From Limnobacter sp. (lineage in GTDB: Bacteria > Pseudomonadota > Gammaproteobacteria > Burkholderiales > Burkholderiaceae_B), in assembly GCF_046297615.1 (NCBI RefSeq), contig NZ_JBKBHM010000002.1, positions 91,437-155,436 of the forward strand: a DNA stretch of 64,000 bases. Reading direction: 5' to 3'. Made by a program: the position numbers and the translations under genes. Position 1 is the stretch's first letter, and every line of letters starts with the position of its first letter. Shown one piece after another: positions 10,677 to 21,958 of this stretch. The notes beneath the pieces were generated by a model. It was not told the origin of the DNA, did not search any database, and saw nothing but the letters and a program-made list of their open reading frames with translations.

Positions 10677-12479
10677 ATGATGCAGATGCAGCACATCCGG
10701 AATTTTTCCATCATTGCCCACATCGACCACGGCAAGTCGACGCTGGCCGACCGCTTGATTCAAAAATGTGGTGGCTTGAGCGACCGCGAAATGGACGAGC
10801 AGGTGCTTGATTCGATGGACATTGAGCGAGAGCGCGGCATCACCATCAAGGCACAGACTGCGGCTTTGACCTACAAGGCCAAGGACGGCAACACTTATTT
10901 GCTCAACCTGATCGACACCCCGGGGCACGTGGACTTTTCCTACGAAGTCAGCCGTTCTCTGTCGGCGTGTGAGGGGGCATTGCTGGTGGTGGATGCGTCC
11001 CAAGGCGTGGAGGCACAAACGGTGGCCAATTGCTACACCGCCATTGAGTTGGGTGTAGAGGTGTTGCCTGTGTTGAACAAGATGGATTTGCCTCAAGCGG
11101 ACCCTGACACTGCCAAAACCGAGATTGAGGATGTGATCGGTATTGATGCCCTTGAGGCTGTGCCCATTTCCGCCAAAACCGGCATGGGCATTGAAGATGT
11201 GTTGGAGCTGGTGGTCAACAAGGTACCCCCGGCCCGTGGTTCACGCGAGGCGCCCCTGCAAGCCCTAATTATCGACAGCTGGTTTGACAACTACGTGGGC
11301 GTGGTCATGTTGGTCCGTGTGGTCAACGGTGTGCTGAACCGCAAAGACAAGATCAAACTGATGGCCACAGGCGACACCTACCTGGCCGAGGATTTGGGTG
11401 TGTTCACGCCCAAGTCGGTCGCCCGTGACAGCCTGTCTGCCGGCGAAGTGGGCTACATCAACGCAGGCATCAAGGAATTGGCCAGCGCCAAGGTGGGGGA
11501 CACAGTCACATTGGCCCAGCACCCCGCAAAAGAGCCTTTGCCCGGCTTTAAGGAGGTGCAGTCTCAGGTGTTTGCAGGTTTGTTTCCCGTGGAAGCGAAC
11601 CAGTATGAAGCGCTGCGGGAGGCGCTCGACAAGCTCAAACTGAACGACGCTGCCCTGAATTACGAACCTGAAGTGTCGCAGGCGCTGGGCTTTGGCTTCC
11701 GTTGCGGCTTTCTGGGCATGCTTCACATGGACATTGTTCAGGAACGCCTGGAACGTGAGTTCGACATGGACCTGATTACCACAGCCCCCACTGTGGTGTA
11801 TGAGGTGGTGCAGCGAGACGGTACCATCGTTCGTGTGGACAACCCCTCAAAAATGCCAGACCTGAGCCGCCTTGATGAAATTCGCGAGCCTATCGTGACG
11901 GTGAATCTGTTGATGCCTCAAGAGTACGTTGGCTCGGTGATGACACTGTGCCAGCAGCGCCGTGGGGTTCAAACCAACATGGTGTACCACGGCCGGCAGG
12001 TTCGTCTGACCTTTGACATGCCCATGGCGGAGATCGTCCTGGACTTTTTTGACAAGCTGAAGTCCACTTCAAGGGGCTATGCCTCCATGGACTACGCGTT
12101 CAAGGAATACCGGGCTGCCGACATTGTGAAGGTGGACATGCTGATTAACGGTGAAAAAGTGGATGCATTGTCCATCATGGTTCACCGGGCCAACTCGCAG
12201 TTCCGTGGCCGGGCCGTGGCCGCGAAAATGCGTGAAATCATTTCCCGTCAGATGTTTGATGTGGCGATTCAAGCGGCCATCGGTGCCAACATCATCGCCC
12301 GTGAAACCGTAAAAGCCTTGCGCAAGAACGTGCTGGCCAAGTGTTATGGCGGCGATATTTCCCGCAAGAAGAAGCTGCTTGAGAAGCAGAAGGCGGGTAA
12401 AAAACGCATGAAGCAGGTGGGTAACGTTGAAATTCCTCAGGAAGCATTCCTGGCCATTCTTCAAGTGGAAGACAAGTAA
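10677..12479 (+). CDS. lepA: Elongation factor 4
   Basis: [20 protein letters not shown] and DTPGHVDF GTPase motifs. 600 aa, followed by lepB. Confidence 0.97.
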   Translation: MMQMQHIRNFSIIAHIDHGKSTLADRLIQKCGGLSDREMDEQVLDSMDIERERGITIKAQTAALTYKAKDGNTYLLNLIDTPGHVDFSYEVSRSLSACEGALLVVDASQGVEAQTVANCYTAIELGVEVLPVLNKMDLPQADPDTAKTEIEDVIGIDALEAVPISAKTGMGIEDVLELVVNKVPPARGSREAPLQALIIDSWFDNYVGVVMLVRVVNGVLNRKDKIKLMATGDTYLAEDLGVFTPKSVARDSLSAGEVGYINAGIKELASAKVGDTVTLAQHPAKEPLPGFKEVQSQVFAGLFPVEANQYEALREALDKLKLNDAALNYEPEVSQALGFGFRCGFLGMLHMDIVQERLEREFDMDLITTAPTVVYEVVQRDGTIVRVDNPSKMPDLSRLDEIREPIVTVNLLMPQEYVGSVMTLCQQRRGVQTNMVYHGRQVRLTFDMPMAEIVLDFFDKLKSTSRGYASMDYAFKEYRAADIVKVDMLINGEKVDALSIMVHRANSQFRGRAVAAKMREIISRQMFDVAIQAAIGANIIARETVKALRKNVLAKCYGGDISRKKKLLEKQKAGKKRMKQVGNVEIPQEAFLAILQVEDK

Positions 12480-12481
12480 AC

Positions 12482-13348
12482 ATGAATTTTTCCCTGATCC
12501 TGTTCACGCTGGTTCTGTTCACCGGGTTCTTCTATGTGTTGGACCTGATGGTGTTCAAGCCCCGTCGGCGGCTGGCGGCGCAGCAGGCTGTTCAGACAGC
12601 CTCGCGTGGCGTGAACATGACTGCTGATGTCGAAAAGCGCTTGGTCAGCGAACACATGCGCCAGCCCTTGTGGCTGGAGTACAGCGCGAGTTTTTTCCCC
12701 GTCATCCTGTTTGTATTCGTGTTGCGTTCATTCGTGGTCGAGCCGTTCAAGATTCCTTCCGGGTCCATGATTCCCACGCTGCTGATCGGTGACCTGATTC
12801 TGGTGAACAAATTCGCCTACGGCATTCGTTTGCCCATCATTGACAAGAAAGTGGTGCCCTTGGGCGACCCCAAGCGTGGTGATGTGGTGGTGTTCCGCTA
12901 CCCGATGGACCCCTCTCTGGACTACATCAAGCGCGTGGTTGGTGTGGGCGGTGATGTGGTGGAGTACAAAAACAAGCGGCTTTTGATCAATGGCAAACCC
13001 TTGGCCGTACAGCCCATGGACAAGTATTACGACCCGGACACCTTCACTTATTCAATCCAGTACCGAGAAAAACTGGGCGAGGTGACTCACCGGGTGTTGA
13101 ACGATGAAGATGTTCCACCTTACGTGATGGGCGCTCAGGACTTTCCCAACCGCGACCAATGCACATTCGATGTCACCGGGTTCCGCTGCGTAGTGCCCAA
13201 AGGGCAGTACTTCATGATGGGCGACAACCGGGACAATTCCAGTGACAGCCGGATTTGGGGTTTTGTGCAGGATCGCCAGATTGTGGGCAAGGCCTTCATG
13301 GTGTGGATGAACTTCAATGATTTGTCCCGCATTGGGCGTTTCCACTAA
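12482..13348 (+). CDS. lepB: Signal peptidase I
   Basis: SGSMIPTL (catalytic Ser), KRVVGVGGD and GDNRDNSSDSR boxes. Confidence 0.93.
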   Translation: MNFSLILFTLVLFTGFFYVLDLMVFKPRRRLAAQQAVQTASRGVNMTADVEKRLVSEHMRQPLWLEYSASFFPVILFVFVLRSFVVEPFKIPSGSMIPTLLIGDLILVNKFAYGIRLPIIDKKVVPLGDPKRGDVVVFRYPMDPSLDYIKRVVGVGGDVVEYKNKRLLINGKPLAVQPMDKYYDPDTFTYSIQYREKLGEVTHRVLNDEDVPPYVMGAQDFPNRDQCTFDVTGFRCVVPKGQYFMMGDNRDNSSDSRIWGFVQDRQIVGKAFMVWMNFNDLSRIGRFH

Positions 13349-13362
13349 CTTGGGCGCGTACC

Positions 13363-14064
13363 GTGGCTGAACCTCTGCTGAATGCAGCCCAACAGGCGCT
13401 GCAGGAGGCCCTGGGCCACCGGTTCGCCCGAACAGACCTCTTCCTTCAAGCGTTGACCCACCGAAGCTTTGGCGCCGTTCATTACGAACGGCTTGAATTT
13501 CTGGGGGACAGCATTCTGAACTGTGCAGTGTCGGACCTGTTGTACCGACGTCATGTGGATCTTGACGAAGGGCAGTTGTCCCGTGTCCGTTCGCATCTGG
13601 TTCGGCAGGACACGCTGGCCAGCCTCGGTCGCCGTTTGAATCTGCCTGAATGCATGCGCGTTGGGGCCGGTGAGAGGCGACAGGGTTTTGAGCTCAAAGA
13701 CAGCATAGTGGCCGACTGCCTTGAGGCCCTGATTGGTGCCGTGGCGCTGGACAGCAGTTTTGACGCGGCCAGCGCGTGCGTATTGGCACTGATGACACCG
13801 GTACTGGATGCGACCCCGCTGAACACCTTGGGTAAAGATGCAAAAACCCGCTTGCAAGAGTTGCTTCAGGGCCGCAGACTGGAGTTGCCCGTCTACCGGG
13901 TGCTTGTTGAAGGGGGTACCCAAAGCTCGCCTCATTTCCAGGTGGAATGTGACGTTCAAGCCTTGGGTCTGAAGTCGGAGGGCTTAGGTACCTCACGAAA
14001 AACTGCGGAGCAGAGCGCAGCGCAAGCTGTTCTTAACGAATTGGAAGGAAAACAGGCAAGTTGA
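13363..14064 (+). CDS. rnc: Ribonuclease III
   Basis: ERLEFLGDS signature plus a C-terminal dsRBD. GTG start. Confidence 0.93.
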   Translation: MAEPLLNAAQQALQEALGHRFARTDLFLQALTHRSFGAVHYERLEFLGDSILNCAVSDLLYRRHVDLDEGQLSRVRSHLVRQDTLASLGRRLNLPECMRVGAGERRQGFELKDSIVADCLEALIGAVALDSSFDAASACVLALMTPVLDATPLNTLGKDAKTRLQELLQGRRLELPVYRVLVEGGTQSSPHFQVECDVQALGLKSEGLGTSRKTAEQSAAQAVLNELEGKQAS

Positions 14065-14966
14065 ACTCAGAGACGACCAGCAAATGTGGCGCCATTGCCG
14101 TGGTGGGCCGCCCCAATGTGGGCAAATCAACGCTGATGAATGGCTTGATTGGTGAGCACTTGTCCATCACCTCGTCCAAACCGCAGACCACCCGTCACCG
14201 AGTGACCGGTGTAGTGACCGAGCCTGTGGACGGAACCCCCACCCAATTTGTGTTCGTAGACACGCCTGGTTTTCAGACCAAACATTCCAACGCACTGAAT
14301 AAAACCATGAACCGCTCGGTGCTTACAGCCTTGGCGGATGTGAATGTGGTGCTGTGGGTTATTGAGCAAGGCAAGCTTGGGCCTGCGGATTTGAAGGTGC
14401 TGGAGCTGTGCCCAAAGTCGGTGCCGCTGATTGCGGTGGTCAACAAGGTTGACCTGCTCAAAGACAAAGGCGAGGTGTTGCCCTTTCTGCAAAAGATCAG
14501 TGGGTTGCGTGAGTTTGCCGCCATTGTTCCGGTGAGTGCACAAGCCGAAAAAAATCTGGACAGCCTGCGCAGTGCGATTGCCAAAGAGCTGCCGGAACAG
14601 CCGTTCTTCTTTGAAGAAGACATGCTGACAGACAGGCCCGAGAAGTTTTTGGCCGCCGAGCGTATTCGCGAGAAACTGTTTCGTTTGGTGGGCGACGAGT
14701 TGCCTTACACCTGCACGGTGGTGATTGACCAATTTGTCATCGAAGAAGGGCGTCGGGTTATTCATGCGTCTATTCTGGTGGACCGCGACAACCACAAAGC
14801 CATGATCATCGGCAAAGGTGGAGAAAAGCTCAAACGCATTGCGTCGGAAGCACGCGCCGACATGGAACGCCTGTTCGATGGGTCTGTACACCTTGAAACC
14901 TGGGTGAAGGTGCGCAGCGGTTGGGCCGACAACGCCGGTTTGCTTCAGAGCCTGGGTTATGAATAA
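14061..14966 (+). CDS. era: GTPase Era
   Basis: GRPNVGKST, DTPG and NKVD motifs, with a KH domain C-terminus. The start overlaps the rnc stop. Confidence 0.95.
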   Translation: MNSETTSKCGAIAVVGRPNVGKSTLMNGLIGEHLSITSSKPQTTRHRVTGVVTEPVDGTPTQFVFVDTPGFQTKHSNALNKTMNRSVLTALADVNVVLWVIEQGKLGPADLKVLELCPKSVPLIAVVNKVDLLKDKGEVLPFLQKISGLREFAAIVPVSAQAEKNLDSLRSAIAKELPEQPFFFEEDMLTDRPEKFLAAERIREKLFRLVGDELPYTCTVVIDQFVIEEGRRVIHASILVDRDNHKAMIIGKGGEKLKRIASEARADMERLFDGSVHLETWVKVRSGWADNAGLLQSLGYE

Positions 14967-14971
14967 GCGGT

Positions 14972-15718
14972 TTGACCCGGGGTGCGATCGTGGCTTTGCA
15001 GGGCGCTGACACGGCATTTGTCCTTCACAGTGTGCCTTACAAGGAAACCAGCCTGATTGTGGAGCTGTTTTGCCGTGAGCATGGCCGTTTGCCGGTGGTG
15101 GCCAAAGGTGCGAAAAGGCCACATTCCGCGTTGCGTTCGGTTCTGGTGAGTTTTCAGCCTTTGCAGGTGCGCTTTAGCGGGCGTGGTGAAGTCAAAACCC
15201 TGACCCATGCCGAATGGCTGGGTGGAATGTTGCCGCCTGTGGACAAAGCCTTGTTCTCCGCCTACTACCTCAATGAATTGTTGATGCGTGGCTTGAGCCG
15301 CGAGGACAGCCATGAAGGGCTGTTCGATGTGTATTCCAACACTTTGGCGAACCTTTGTCAGGGTGTGGATGTGACTGTGTGCGTGCGAACCTTTGAGATT
15401 GAATTGCTCAGGGAACTGGGGTTTGGTCTGGATTGGGAGAGCGATGCGCAGGGGCAACCGATCAGCGCTGAGTCAGACTATGTCTGGTTCAATGAGCGGG
15501 GTTGGACCCCCACAAACGGGTTAAGTGTGCACGAGCAGCAGGCCTTGGTCGTTGAACAGGCCGTGCCCGGGCAAGTCATCGTGAATGCAGGGCAGCATGG
15601 TGTGGGTAAAACCGAAGCCTTGGCCCTGAAACCTGTGACTCGGAAACTGTTGAACGCCCATGTGGCGCCAAACGGTTTGCTGGCCAGGAATTGGATGGAG
15701 CAGTTGTTGAAATCATGA
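14972..15718 (+). CDS. recO: DNA repair protein RecO
   Basis: [19 protein letters not shown] is a RecO N-terminal OB-fold pattern. Synteny era-recO-pdxJ. The exact start is uncertain. Confidence 0.85.
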   Translation: MTRGAIVALQGADTAFVLHSVPYKETSLIVELFCREHGRLPVVAKGAKRPHSALRSVLVSFQPLQVRFSGRGEVKTLTHAEWLGGMLPPVDKALFSAYYLNELLMRGLSREDSHEGLFDVYSNTLANLCQGVDVTVCVRTFEIELLRELGFGLDWESDAQGQPISAESDYVWFNERGWTPTNGLSVHEQQALVVEQAVPGQVIVNAGQHGVGKTEALALKPVTRKLLNAHVAPNGLLARNWMEQLLKS

Positions 15719-16455
15719 TTGAACTGGGTGTGAATATCGATCACGTGGCCACCATTCGCCAAGCAAGGCGTGGCCACGAACCTGACCCGTTGCAAGCCGC
15801 TCTGTTGGCCGAGCAGTATGGTGCAGACGCAATCACTGTGCATGTGCGTGAAGACCGCAGGCACATGCAGGATGTAGATGTGCGGGCCATTCGTCCCCAG
15901 TTGGCCACACGCATGAATTTTGAATGCGCGGTGGTGGAGGAAATGTTGAGGCTGGTTGAGGAAGTTCAGCCTCAGGATGTTTGTCTGGTGCCTGAACGCC
16001 GCGAAGAGGTCACCACCGAAGGTGGGCTGGATGTGATTGGTGGATTCCACCCCGTGGGGGCCGCAGTGGCCCGTTTGCAGAGCCAGGGTATGCGGGTGTC
16101 GCTGTTCATCGACCCAGACCTGGCGCAAATTGAAGCGGCTTTGAAGACTGGTGCCAAAGCCATTGAGTTGCACACCGGCCGGTATGCGCATGCCGTTGGC
16201 GGGCAGGTGCAACATGAACTGGACCGTTTGGTGAAAGCTGCCAACTTTGCGGCATCGGAAGGCTTGCGGGTGAATGCGGGGCATGGTTTGAACTTTCAGA
16301 ATGTTCAGCCGGTCGCAGCCATTGAAACGATTTCCGAATTGAACATTGGGCACAGCATTGTGGCCAACGCGGTGTTCATGGGGTGGGAGAATGCCATCAA
16401 AACCATGAAGCGGTTGATGATCGAGGCCCGGGTGGCCAAAATCCGACCTCGCTGA
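15715..16455 (+). CDS. pdxJ: Pyridoxine 5'-phosphate synthase
   Basis: [18 protein letters not shown] start, with an ATGA overlap with the recO stop. Confidence 0.93.
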   Translation: MIELGVNIDHVATIRQARRGHEPDPLQAALLAEQYGADAITVHVREDRRHMQDVDVRAIRPQLATRMNFECAVVEEMLRLVEEVQPQDVCLVPERREEVTTEGGLDVIGGFHPVGAAVARLQSQGMRVSLFIDPDLAQIEAALKTGAKAIELHTGRYAHAVGGQVQHELDRLVKAANFAASEGLRVNAGHGLNFQNVQPVAAIETISELNIGHSIVANAVFMGWENAIKTMKRLMIEARVAKIRPR

Positions 16456-16457
16456 CT

Positions 16458-16910
16458 ATGAGTACCTTGTACGGCTTGGGGTGTGATTTGCTGGACGCAG
16501 CGAGGGTGGATGCACTGTTGAACGACCATGGTGAGCGGTTTGTTCAACGCATTTTGACTGACGCTGAGCGCAGCGAATTTGAGCGGCGCGGCGGTGCACA
16601 AAGCCGTCGTGGTGTGTTGTACCTCGCGACGCGGTATGCAGCCAAGGAAGCCTTGGCCAAGGCGTGGGGCACGGGAATCGGGAAGGAGTTGTCGTTTCAG
16701 GATGTCAGTGTTCTGAACGACGAGGCAGGGCGCCCTGTGTGTGTGCCCGCTGATGCATTGAAGTTGAAATTGGCCCAAAGGGGCTGTGAGGTACTGGTGT
16801 CCCTGAGTGACGAGCAAACCATGGTGATGGCCACGGTGATGTTGGTGCCCCAATCGGACAGGCCTCGATTGAACCATGAACAACTCTCTACAAGAAAGGA
16901 AGAGCAATGA
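16458..16910 (+). CDS. acpS: Holo-ACP synthase
   Basis: The internal ATG gives MSTLYGLGCDLLDAARV... with FAAKEALAKA-like YAAKEALAKAWG. Position follows pdxJ. Confidence 0.85.
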   Translation: MSTLYGLGCDLLDAARVDALLNDHGERFVQRILTDAERSEFERRGGAQSRRGVLYLATRYAAKEALAKAWGTGIGKELSFQDVSVLNDEAGRPVCVPADALKLKLAQRGCEVLVSLSDEQTMVMATVMLVPQSDRPRLNHEQLSTRKEEQ

Positions 16911-17935
16911 ACCTGGGACCCTTGATCATCGGTTTGACTGGTCCGCAGTTGAGTGGACAAGACATTGAGCGTATTCAGAGCCCCTCTGTGGGCGGCTTGA
17001 TTCTCTTCACGCGCAATTTTCAGTCCCGTGATCAGTTGATCGAGTTGGTTCAGTCCATTCGCCAGCACGGGGGTGTTGGCAAGCCCGTGTTCGTCGATCA
17101 CGAAGGGGGGCGGGTGCAACGTTTCCGTGATGGATTCACAGCCATCCCATCCATGCGTGCCATTGGGCGGCGTGCGGAGGCCGATTTTGACGATGGCTTG
17201 AAGTTGGCGCGTGAAGCGGGCTTTGTGATGGCTTCAGAACTGCGGGCCTGCGGGATTGACATGAGTTTTGCGCCTGTACTTGACCTGGATTGGGGCAACA
17301 GCGAGATCATTGGTGACCGGTCATTCAGCTCGGACCCCCGCGTGGTGTCCCGACTGGCTTCGGCCCTGATGCATGGCATGGCGCTGGCAGGTATGCAGGG
17401 TTGCGGCAAGCATTTCCCCGGCCATGGGTGGGTCAAGCTGGACAGTCACCTTGCCTTGCCTCAAGACAACCGGGCGCTCAGCGACATTCTGTCGGCCGAC
17501 GCCTTGCCTTACCTGTACAACAATGCATTGAACATGGCCAGCATCATGCCGGCGCATGTGGTGTATTCCGAGGTGGATCACAAGCCGGCCTGTTTTTCGC
17601 GCATCTGGATTCAGGATGTATTGCGCGTGAAGTTGGGTTATGACGGTGCTGTGATCAGCGATGACCTGGACATGGTGGGTGCCCACGGCGAGGGTGATAT
17701 CCGCGCCCGCGCATCGGCGGCCCTGAAGGCCGGCTGTGATGCAGTGCTGGCGTGCAATAACTTTGACGACATCGCAGCACTTGTGAACGACCCTGTGCCC
17801 GAAACCCAGCAAAACGTGGCTTTGCGCACGCGCCGCTTGGGCCGCCTTTTGGGTGCACAACCCTCCATGAACTGGGCGGAATTGCGGTCCAGCTACAGCT
17901 ACCAGTCCGCCTTGGAGCGCATTTCACAGGTGTGA
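16907..17935 (+). CDS. nagZ: Beta-N-acetylhexosaminidase (peptidoglycan recycling)
   Basis: GH3 motifs: VDHEGGRVQRF, KHFPGHG, ISDDLDM. ATGA overlap with acpS. Confidence 0.9.
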   Translation: MNLGPLIIGLTGPQLSGQDIERIQSPSVGGLILFTRNFQSRDQLIELVQSIRQHGGVGKPVFVDHEGGRVQRFRDGFTAIPSMRAIGRRAEADFDDGLKLAREAGFVMASELRACGIDMSFAPVLDLDWGNSEIIGDRSFSSDPRVVSRLASALMHGMALAGMQGCGKHFPGHGWVKLDSHLALPQDNRALSDILSADALPYLYNNALNMASIMPAHVVYSEVDHKPACFSRIWIQDVLRVKLGYDGAVISDDLDMVGAHGEGDIRARASAALKAGCDAVLACNNFDDIAALVNDPVPETQQNVALRTRRLGRLLGAQPSMNWAELRSSYSYQSALERISQV

Positions 17936-17979
17936 TGGGTCTTTTGCGGAGCCCCGTCAACTGGCCTGGGCCTCCAAAG

Positions 17980-18017
17980 AAAAAGCCCGCCGACGACACC
18001 TGTCGGGCGGGCTTTTT
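17980..18017. terminator. Bidirectional rho-independent terminator between convergent nagZ and the PPIase gene
   Basis: aaaaa-GCCCGCCGAC-gacacct-GTCGGGCGGGC-ttttt. It is a GC stem with one bulge, an A-run on the left and a T-run on the right. Confidence 0.6.
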
Positions 18018-18055
18018 ATTGGACAGCTAGCGCTGCTTGCTGTGACTTGCTTGGC

Positions 18056-18838
18056 TTACTTGACTTTTGCGCTGCTGATCAGTTTTTCCTGATAAGCCTG
18101 CCACTTTTCTTCCATCATGCGTTGTTCGAGTTGTGGGCGAACTTGCTCCAGTGCAGGAGGCTGGGTGTCGCGCACATCAGCCAACAGGATAACGTGATAA
18201 CCGAATTGGCTCTTGACCGGTGCCTTGGTGTATTCACCTTTTTTCAGGGTCACCATGACTTGGCTGAACTCGGGCACAAAGCTGTTGGGGTTGGCCCAGT
18301 CCAAATCACCACCATTGGGTGCTGAACCTGGGTCTTTGGATTCGGCCTTGGCCAGGTCCGCAAACTTTGCACCTTTGTCGAGCTTGGCGATCAGTGCTTT
18401 GGCTGCGTCTTCACTGGGCACCAGAATATGGCTGGCGCGGTACTCGGAACCCCCCATCATTTGAGCGATCTTTTTGTACTGGTCTTTCACTTCAGCATCG
18501 CTGGGGCGGTTGCTGGCAAAGTAGTCTTCGCGCAGGGCATTGGCCAAAATGGCTTGGTTCATCATTTGAACCTGATATTTCACGTCATTTTTGCTGGCCA
18601 GGCCTTTTTTAACCGCCTCTTGCTTCAGAACTTCCTGCTTGATCAGTTCCTGACGAATCATGGAGCGCATCTCAGGCGTGGGTGCTTGGCCTCGTTTGCC
18701 TTGCTCGCGCACGATGAAGTCCAGCATTTCGCTGGGGATGGACTGGCCGTTGACCAAGGCTGCGTTTTGAGCAAACGCTGGGGCTGCAGTGGCAATCAAT
18801 GTGGCCAGCACAGTGGCCTTCAGGGTGTGTTTCAACAT
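18056..18838 (-). CDS. Periplasmic parvulin-type peptidyl-prolyl cis-trans isomerase (PpiC/SurA-like)
   Basis: Signal peptide MLKHTLKATVLATLIATAAPAFA. Rotamase segment ASHILV...GGDLDW...FGYHVI. Confidence 0.8.
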   Translation of the reverse strand: MLKHTLKATVLATLIATAAPAFAQNAALVNGQSIPSEMLDFIVREQGKRGQAPTPEMRSMIRQELIKQEVLKQEAVKKGLASKNDVKYQVQMMNQAILANALREDYFASNRPSDAEVKDQYKKIAQMMGGSEYRASHILVPSEDAAKALIAKLDKGAKFADLAKAESKDPGSAPNGGDLDWANPNSFVPEFSQVMVTLKKGEYTKAPVKSQFGYHVILLADVRDTQPPALEQVRPQLEQRMMEEKWQAYQEKLISSAKVK

Positions 18839-18857
18839 AATCAAACCTTGTGTCTTC

Positions 18858-19142
18858 TCAGGAAATTGTCTTGGTGTTGTCGTCGATTCCAGCCATGTCA
18901 ATGGCCAGCGCGTGAATTTCTCGATTCATCCAATCTGACACCGCATCATACACGAGCCGATGCCGGGCCAAAGTGGCCAGCCCGGTGAACCGGGGGCTTT
19001 TGACTTTGATGCGGAAATGTCGCCCGCCAGACTTTGCACCTTCATGGCCTGCATGCAGATGCGACTCATCGGTCACTTCAACCCAAGTGGCTTGCAGCCG
19101 TTCCATGACACGGGCTTTCAACTGCTCTGCGGAGATGCTCAT
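18858..19142 (-). CDS. BolA family transcriptional regulator
   Basis: HLHAGH...HFRIKVKSPRFTG...RHRLVY BolA pattern. The start (MSISAEQ) overlaps the yciB stop with ATGA. Confidence 0.8.
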   Translation of the reverse strand: MSISAEQLKARVMERLQATWVEVTDESHLHAGHEGAKSGGRHFRIKVKSPRFTGLATLARHRLVYDAVSDWMNREIHALAIDMAGIDDNTKTIS

Positions 19143-19765
19143 TGGGCGTTGTCCCCCGGCGTTGCCATGTGTTTGGACATGTAAACCCCTTGCCCAACCA
19201 CGAACAGGATGGTGGCCCCCAGAGACCCAAAGAGTTTGAAATCCACCCAGATGTCGGTTGAAAAATTGTAGGCCACCAACACATTGAGCACCGCCATCAA
19301 CAGGAAGAAGGCCACCCAGGACCACAGCAGTTTGCCCCAGGCAGCGGGGGGCAGGTCAACCTGACCCTTCATCATCAACTCCACCGGGTTTTTCCGCAGG
19401 GCATAAGCCACCAGAAAACCCAGCGCCATAGCCACGTAAAGCACGGTGGGTTTGAGCTTGATGAAGGTCTCATTCTGAAACACCAGCGTGGCACCCCCAA
19501 AAACGACAATCAGGGCCAAGCCCACCCATTGCATGTTTTCCACCGGTTTGCCCATCAGGCGTTGCACCACAATTTGAACCACGGTGATAGCGATGGCCAC
19601 GACTGTGGCCAGCAGGATGGGCACCTGCGAGGCCTGCAGTGTGACTGTGGACACGGCCCCCACTACGGGGGCGATGAGTGCCAGGGCTTGATCGGGTTGG
19701 TGGCCGGCCCATTTGAAACTGACGAAGAACAGAACAATGGGTAGAAAATCGAGCAATAATTTCAC
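19139..19765 (-). CDS. yciB: Intracellular septation protein A (YciB/IspZ)
   Basis: MKLLLDFLPIVLFFVSFKW start and five hydrophobic helices. About 200 aa. Confidence 0.85.
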   Translation of the reverse strand: MKLLLDFLPIVLFFVSFKWAGHQPDQALALIAPVVGAVSTVTLQASQVPILLATVVAIAITVVQIVVQRLMGKPVENMQWVGLALIVVFGGATLVFQNETFIKLKPTVLYVAMALGFLVAYALRKNPVELMMKGQVDLPPAAWGKLLWSWVAFFLLMAVLNVLVAYNFSTDIWVDFKLFGSLGATILFVVGQGVYMSKHMATPGDNAQ

Positions 19766-19789
19766 GGTGTATTTTGAATAGTGGACCAG

Positions 19790-20203
19790 TCAGGCTGACT
19801 GGTCGTTGGCGAAAGGTTCGAAAGCAAGGCTGACGGAGTTGATGCAGTAACGCAGCCCAGTCGGTGGCGGTCCGTCGTTGAAGACATGCCCAAGGTGGGC
19901 GTCACAGATGCGGCAAGTCACTTCCGTGCGAATCATGCCATAACTGCGGTCCACGTGTTCCTCGATATGGTTTGGGTTCAAAGGTGCGAAATAGCTGGGC
20001 CATCCGCAACCAGCGTCAAACTTGGTGTCGGAGGCGAACAAAGGGGTTCCACAGCAGATGCATCGGTAAATGCCGGGCTCGTGATGGTCCCAGTAGTGTC
20101 CGGTGAAGGCCCGTTCAGTGCCCTTTTTGCGGGTGACTTCGTAGCTCATCGGGGTAAGCTCTTCGCGCCATTGGGCATCGGTTTTGGTGACTTTGTCGGT
20201 CAT
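19790..20203 (-). CDS. msrB: Peptide-methionine (R)-S-oxide reductase
   Basis: CxxC...CxxC zinc site ([25 protein letters not shown]) and the GWPSY motif. Confidence 0.93.
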   Translation of the reverse strand: MTDKVTKTDAQWREELTPMSYEVTRKKGTERAFTGHYWDHHEPGIYRCICCGTPLFASDTKFDAGCGWPSYFAPLNPNHIEEHVDRSYGMIRTEVTCRICDAHLGHVFNDGPPPTGLRYCINSVSLAFEPFANDQSA

Positions 20204-20227
20204 GGTTTTTCCTTTGTTTAAGGCTGC

Positions 20228-21829
20228 TCAGGACGAACAGCTCAGCACCAGGCTGCGTGCCCATTCCGGCGGCGCATTCGTATATTCGTCCGGTTGCGTG
20301 TTGCCGTAAGGGTCTGACAGCGCAGCAAACAATTTGTTCAGTGGTTCAAGCTGGTCTTGCTGGGCAGCCTCAATCACTTCCTGCAACAGATGGTTGCGGG
20401 CAACCACCGCAGGGTTGATGTGGTCAAGTTGTTCACCTGTGGTGGTGCTGTCTGCACCGAAAGCCTGCTGTGCAGCCAGCCAACGCGATAGCCAGGCCTG
20501 GCCATTTTCAACATGGGCCTGGTTACCCAGGCTCAGCGCAAACGCGCCGTGCCGCTGCCAACTGGACCAGTTTTCAGCCATCGGCAAGCGGGGGTTCAGG
20601 GCACTGAGTGAGCGGAAGAACCGGGTCATGTCCAAGGTGTTTTCATGCAGCCAGTTCAAGGTGTATTCAATGAATTCGTCATGTTCGGGTTTGGCCGGGG
20701 TATTGGCCAAACTGTGCACCCACTCGATGGCCGCCGCAGGGTGGGATGAAAAATCGGGCCTTGGGCCGTCAGTGTTCCGCCACAGGCCGAGTTTGGCCGC
20801 AAACACTTGGCTGTGAACCCGATGGAATTCTTCGGCAAAGCGGTCAAGGCGGGCTTGGTACTCGGATTGTTCTGCGGGAACAATCTGCGCCAACGCGTGG
20901 GCCAGGGCATGCAGGTTCCAGTGGGCCACGGCAGGTTGATTGCGGTAGCTGTAACGGCCACGGTCATCAGAATGGTTACAGATGTGATTGATGTCAAAGT
21001 TGTCCAGAAACCCGTAGGGCCCATAATCAATGGTTAAACCCAGCAGGGACATGTTGTCCGTGTTCATCACCCCATGGCAAAAACCCACGGCCTGCCACAG
21101 GGCTACCATGCGGGCCGTGCGCAGTGCCACCGTTTCAAACCAGTCCAAGGCCACTTGAGTGATGTCGGCTTCAGGGTTGTCCGGGGCATTCAGTTCCGGG
21201 TGATGTTGTGCAATGTGCCAAACCAGCAATTCACGAAGGGCCGCATGCTGGTTGGAATAGGCAAAAAATTCAATGTGACCAAAGCGAAGGAAACTTTCAC
21301 TGACCCGGCACACAATGGCCGCAGTCTCGGTGGTTTCGCGGAACACCGGGTCGTGGCTGGCGGTCAGGCTCAGTGCGCGGGTTGTGGGAATACCCAGGTG
21401 ATGCATTGCGTGGCTGGCGAGGTATTCCCGGATGGATGAGCGCAACACGGCTCGGCCGTCCGCGTGGCGGGAGTAGGGGGTGGGCCCTGCGCCTTTGAGT
21501 TGCAGTTGGTGGTACGCACCCTGGCTGCGTACCTCGCCGATCAGGAGTGCGCGGCCGTCACCCAACTGCGGAACAAACACGCCAAACTGGTGGCCACAGT
21601 ACACGCTGGCCAGTGCGTCATAGCCAGCAAGTGGGTGTGAACCACTGAGCACGCCCAAGGTGCCGGGGTTGCTCAAAAGGTCGTCAATACCCAGCTCATC
21701 GGCCAGTTTGCCGTTGGCGTGAAGCAAGCGTGCTGGCGTGCGCCATGGGGTGGCCGGGACGCGGGTCACGAAGGGCGCGCCCAAGCTTGCGTATTCATGA
21801 ACCAAAACAGTGTGGTTAAGGCGAAACAA
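20228..21829 (-). CDS. selO: Protein adenylyltransferase SelO (YdiU)
   Basis: Motifs GHQFG...QLGDGRA, LKGAGPTPYSR, GDGRAVLRSSIREYL, HGVMNTDNMS. The start is placed at in-frame TTG 21829 because the upstream 66 codons of the ORF have no SelO counterpart. The start remains uncertain. Confidence 0.85.
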   Translation of the reverse strand: MFRLNHTVLVHEYASLGAPFVTRVPATPWRTPARLLHANGKLADELGIDDLLSNPGTLGVLSGSHPLAGYDALASVYCGHQFGVFVPQLGDGRALLIGEVRSQGAYHQLQLKGAGPTPYSRHADGRAVLRSSIREYLASHAMHHLGIPTTRALSLTASHDPVFRETTETAAIVCRVSESFLRFGHIEFFAYSNQHAALRELLVWHIAQHHPELNAPDNPEADITQVALDWFETVALRTARMVALWQAVGFCHGVMNTDNMSLLGLTIDYGPYGFLDNFDINHICNHSDDRGRYSYRNQPAVAHWNLHALAHALAQIVPAEQSEYQARLDRFAEEFHRVHSQVFAAKLGLWRNTDGPRPDFSSHPAAAIEWVHSLANTPAKPEHDEFIEYTLNWLHENTLDMTRFFRSLSALNPRLPMAENWSSWQRHGAFALSLGNQAHVENGQAWLSRWLAAQQAFGADSTTTGEQLDHINPAVVARNHLLQEVIEAAQQDQLEPLNKLFAALSDPYGNTQPDEYTNAPPEWARSLVLSCSS

Positions 21830-21958
21830 ATTCCAGTCCTGCGATATAGTGTGCCAAACATGGAGTCTGCACGTGATGCATGGGCAGACCCGCCAGAGGT
21901 CATTGTAGACCCGGTGTGATGTCCACAGAGACCATCTTATTGCGAGGAGACCCACAAG

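Noticed and set aside
9750-11096. 448-aa ORF on the - strand
   Set aside because: It is antisense to degP and lepA and spans their intergenic terminator. Its composition is that of a shadow frame.
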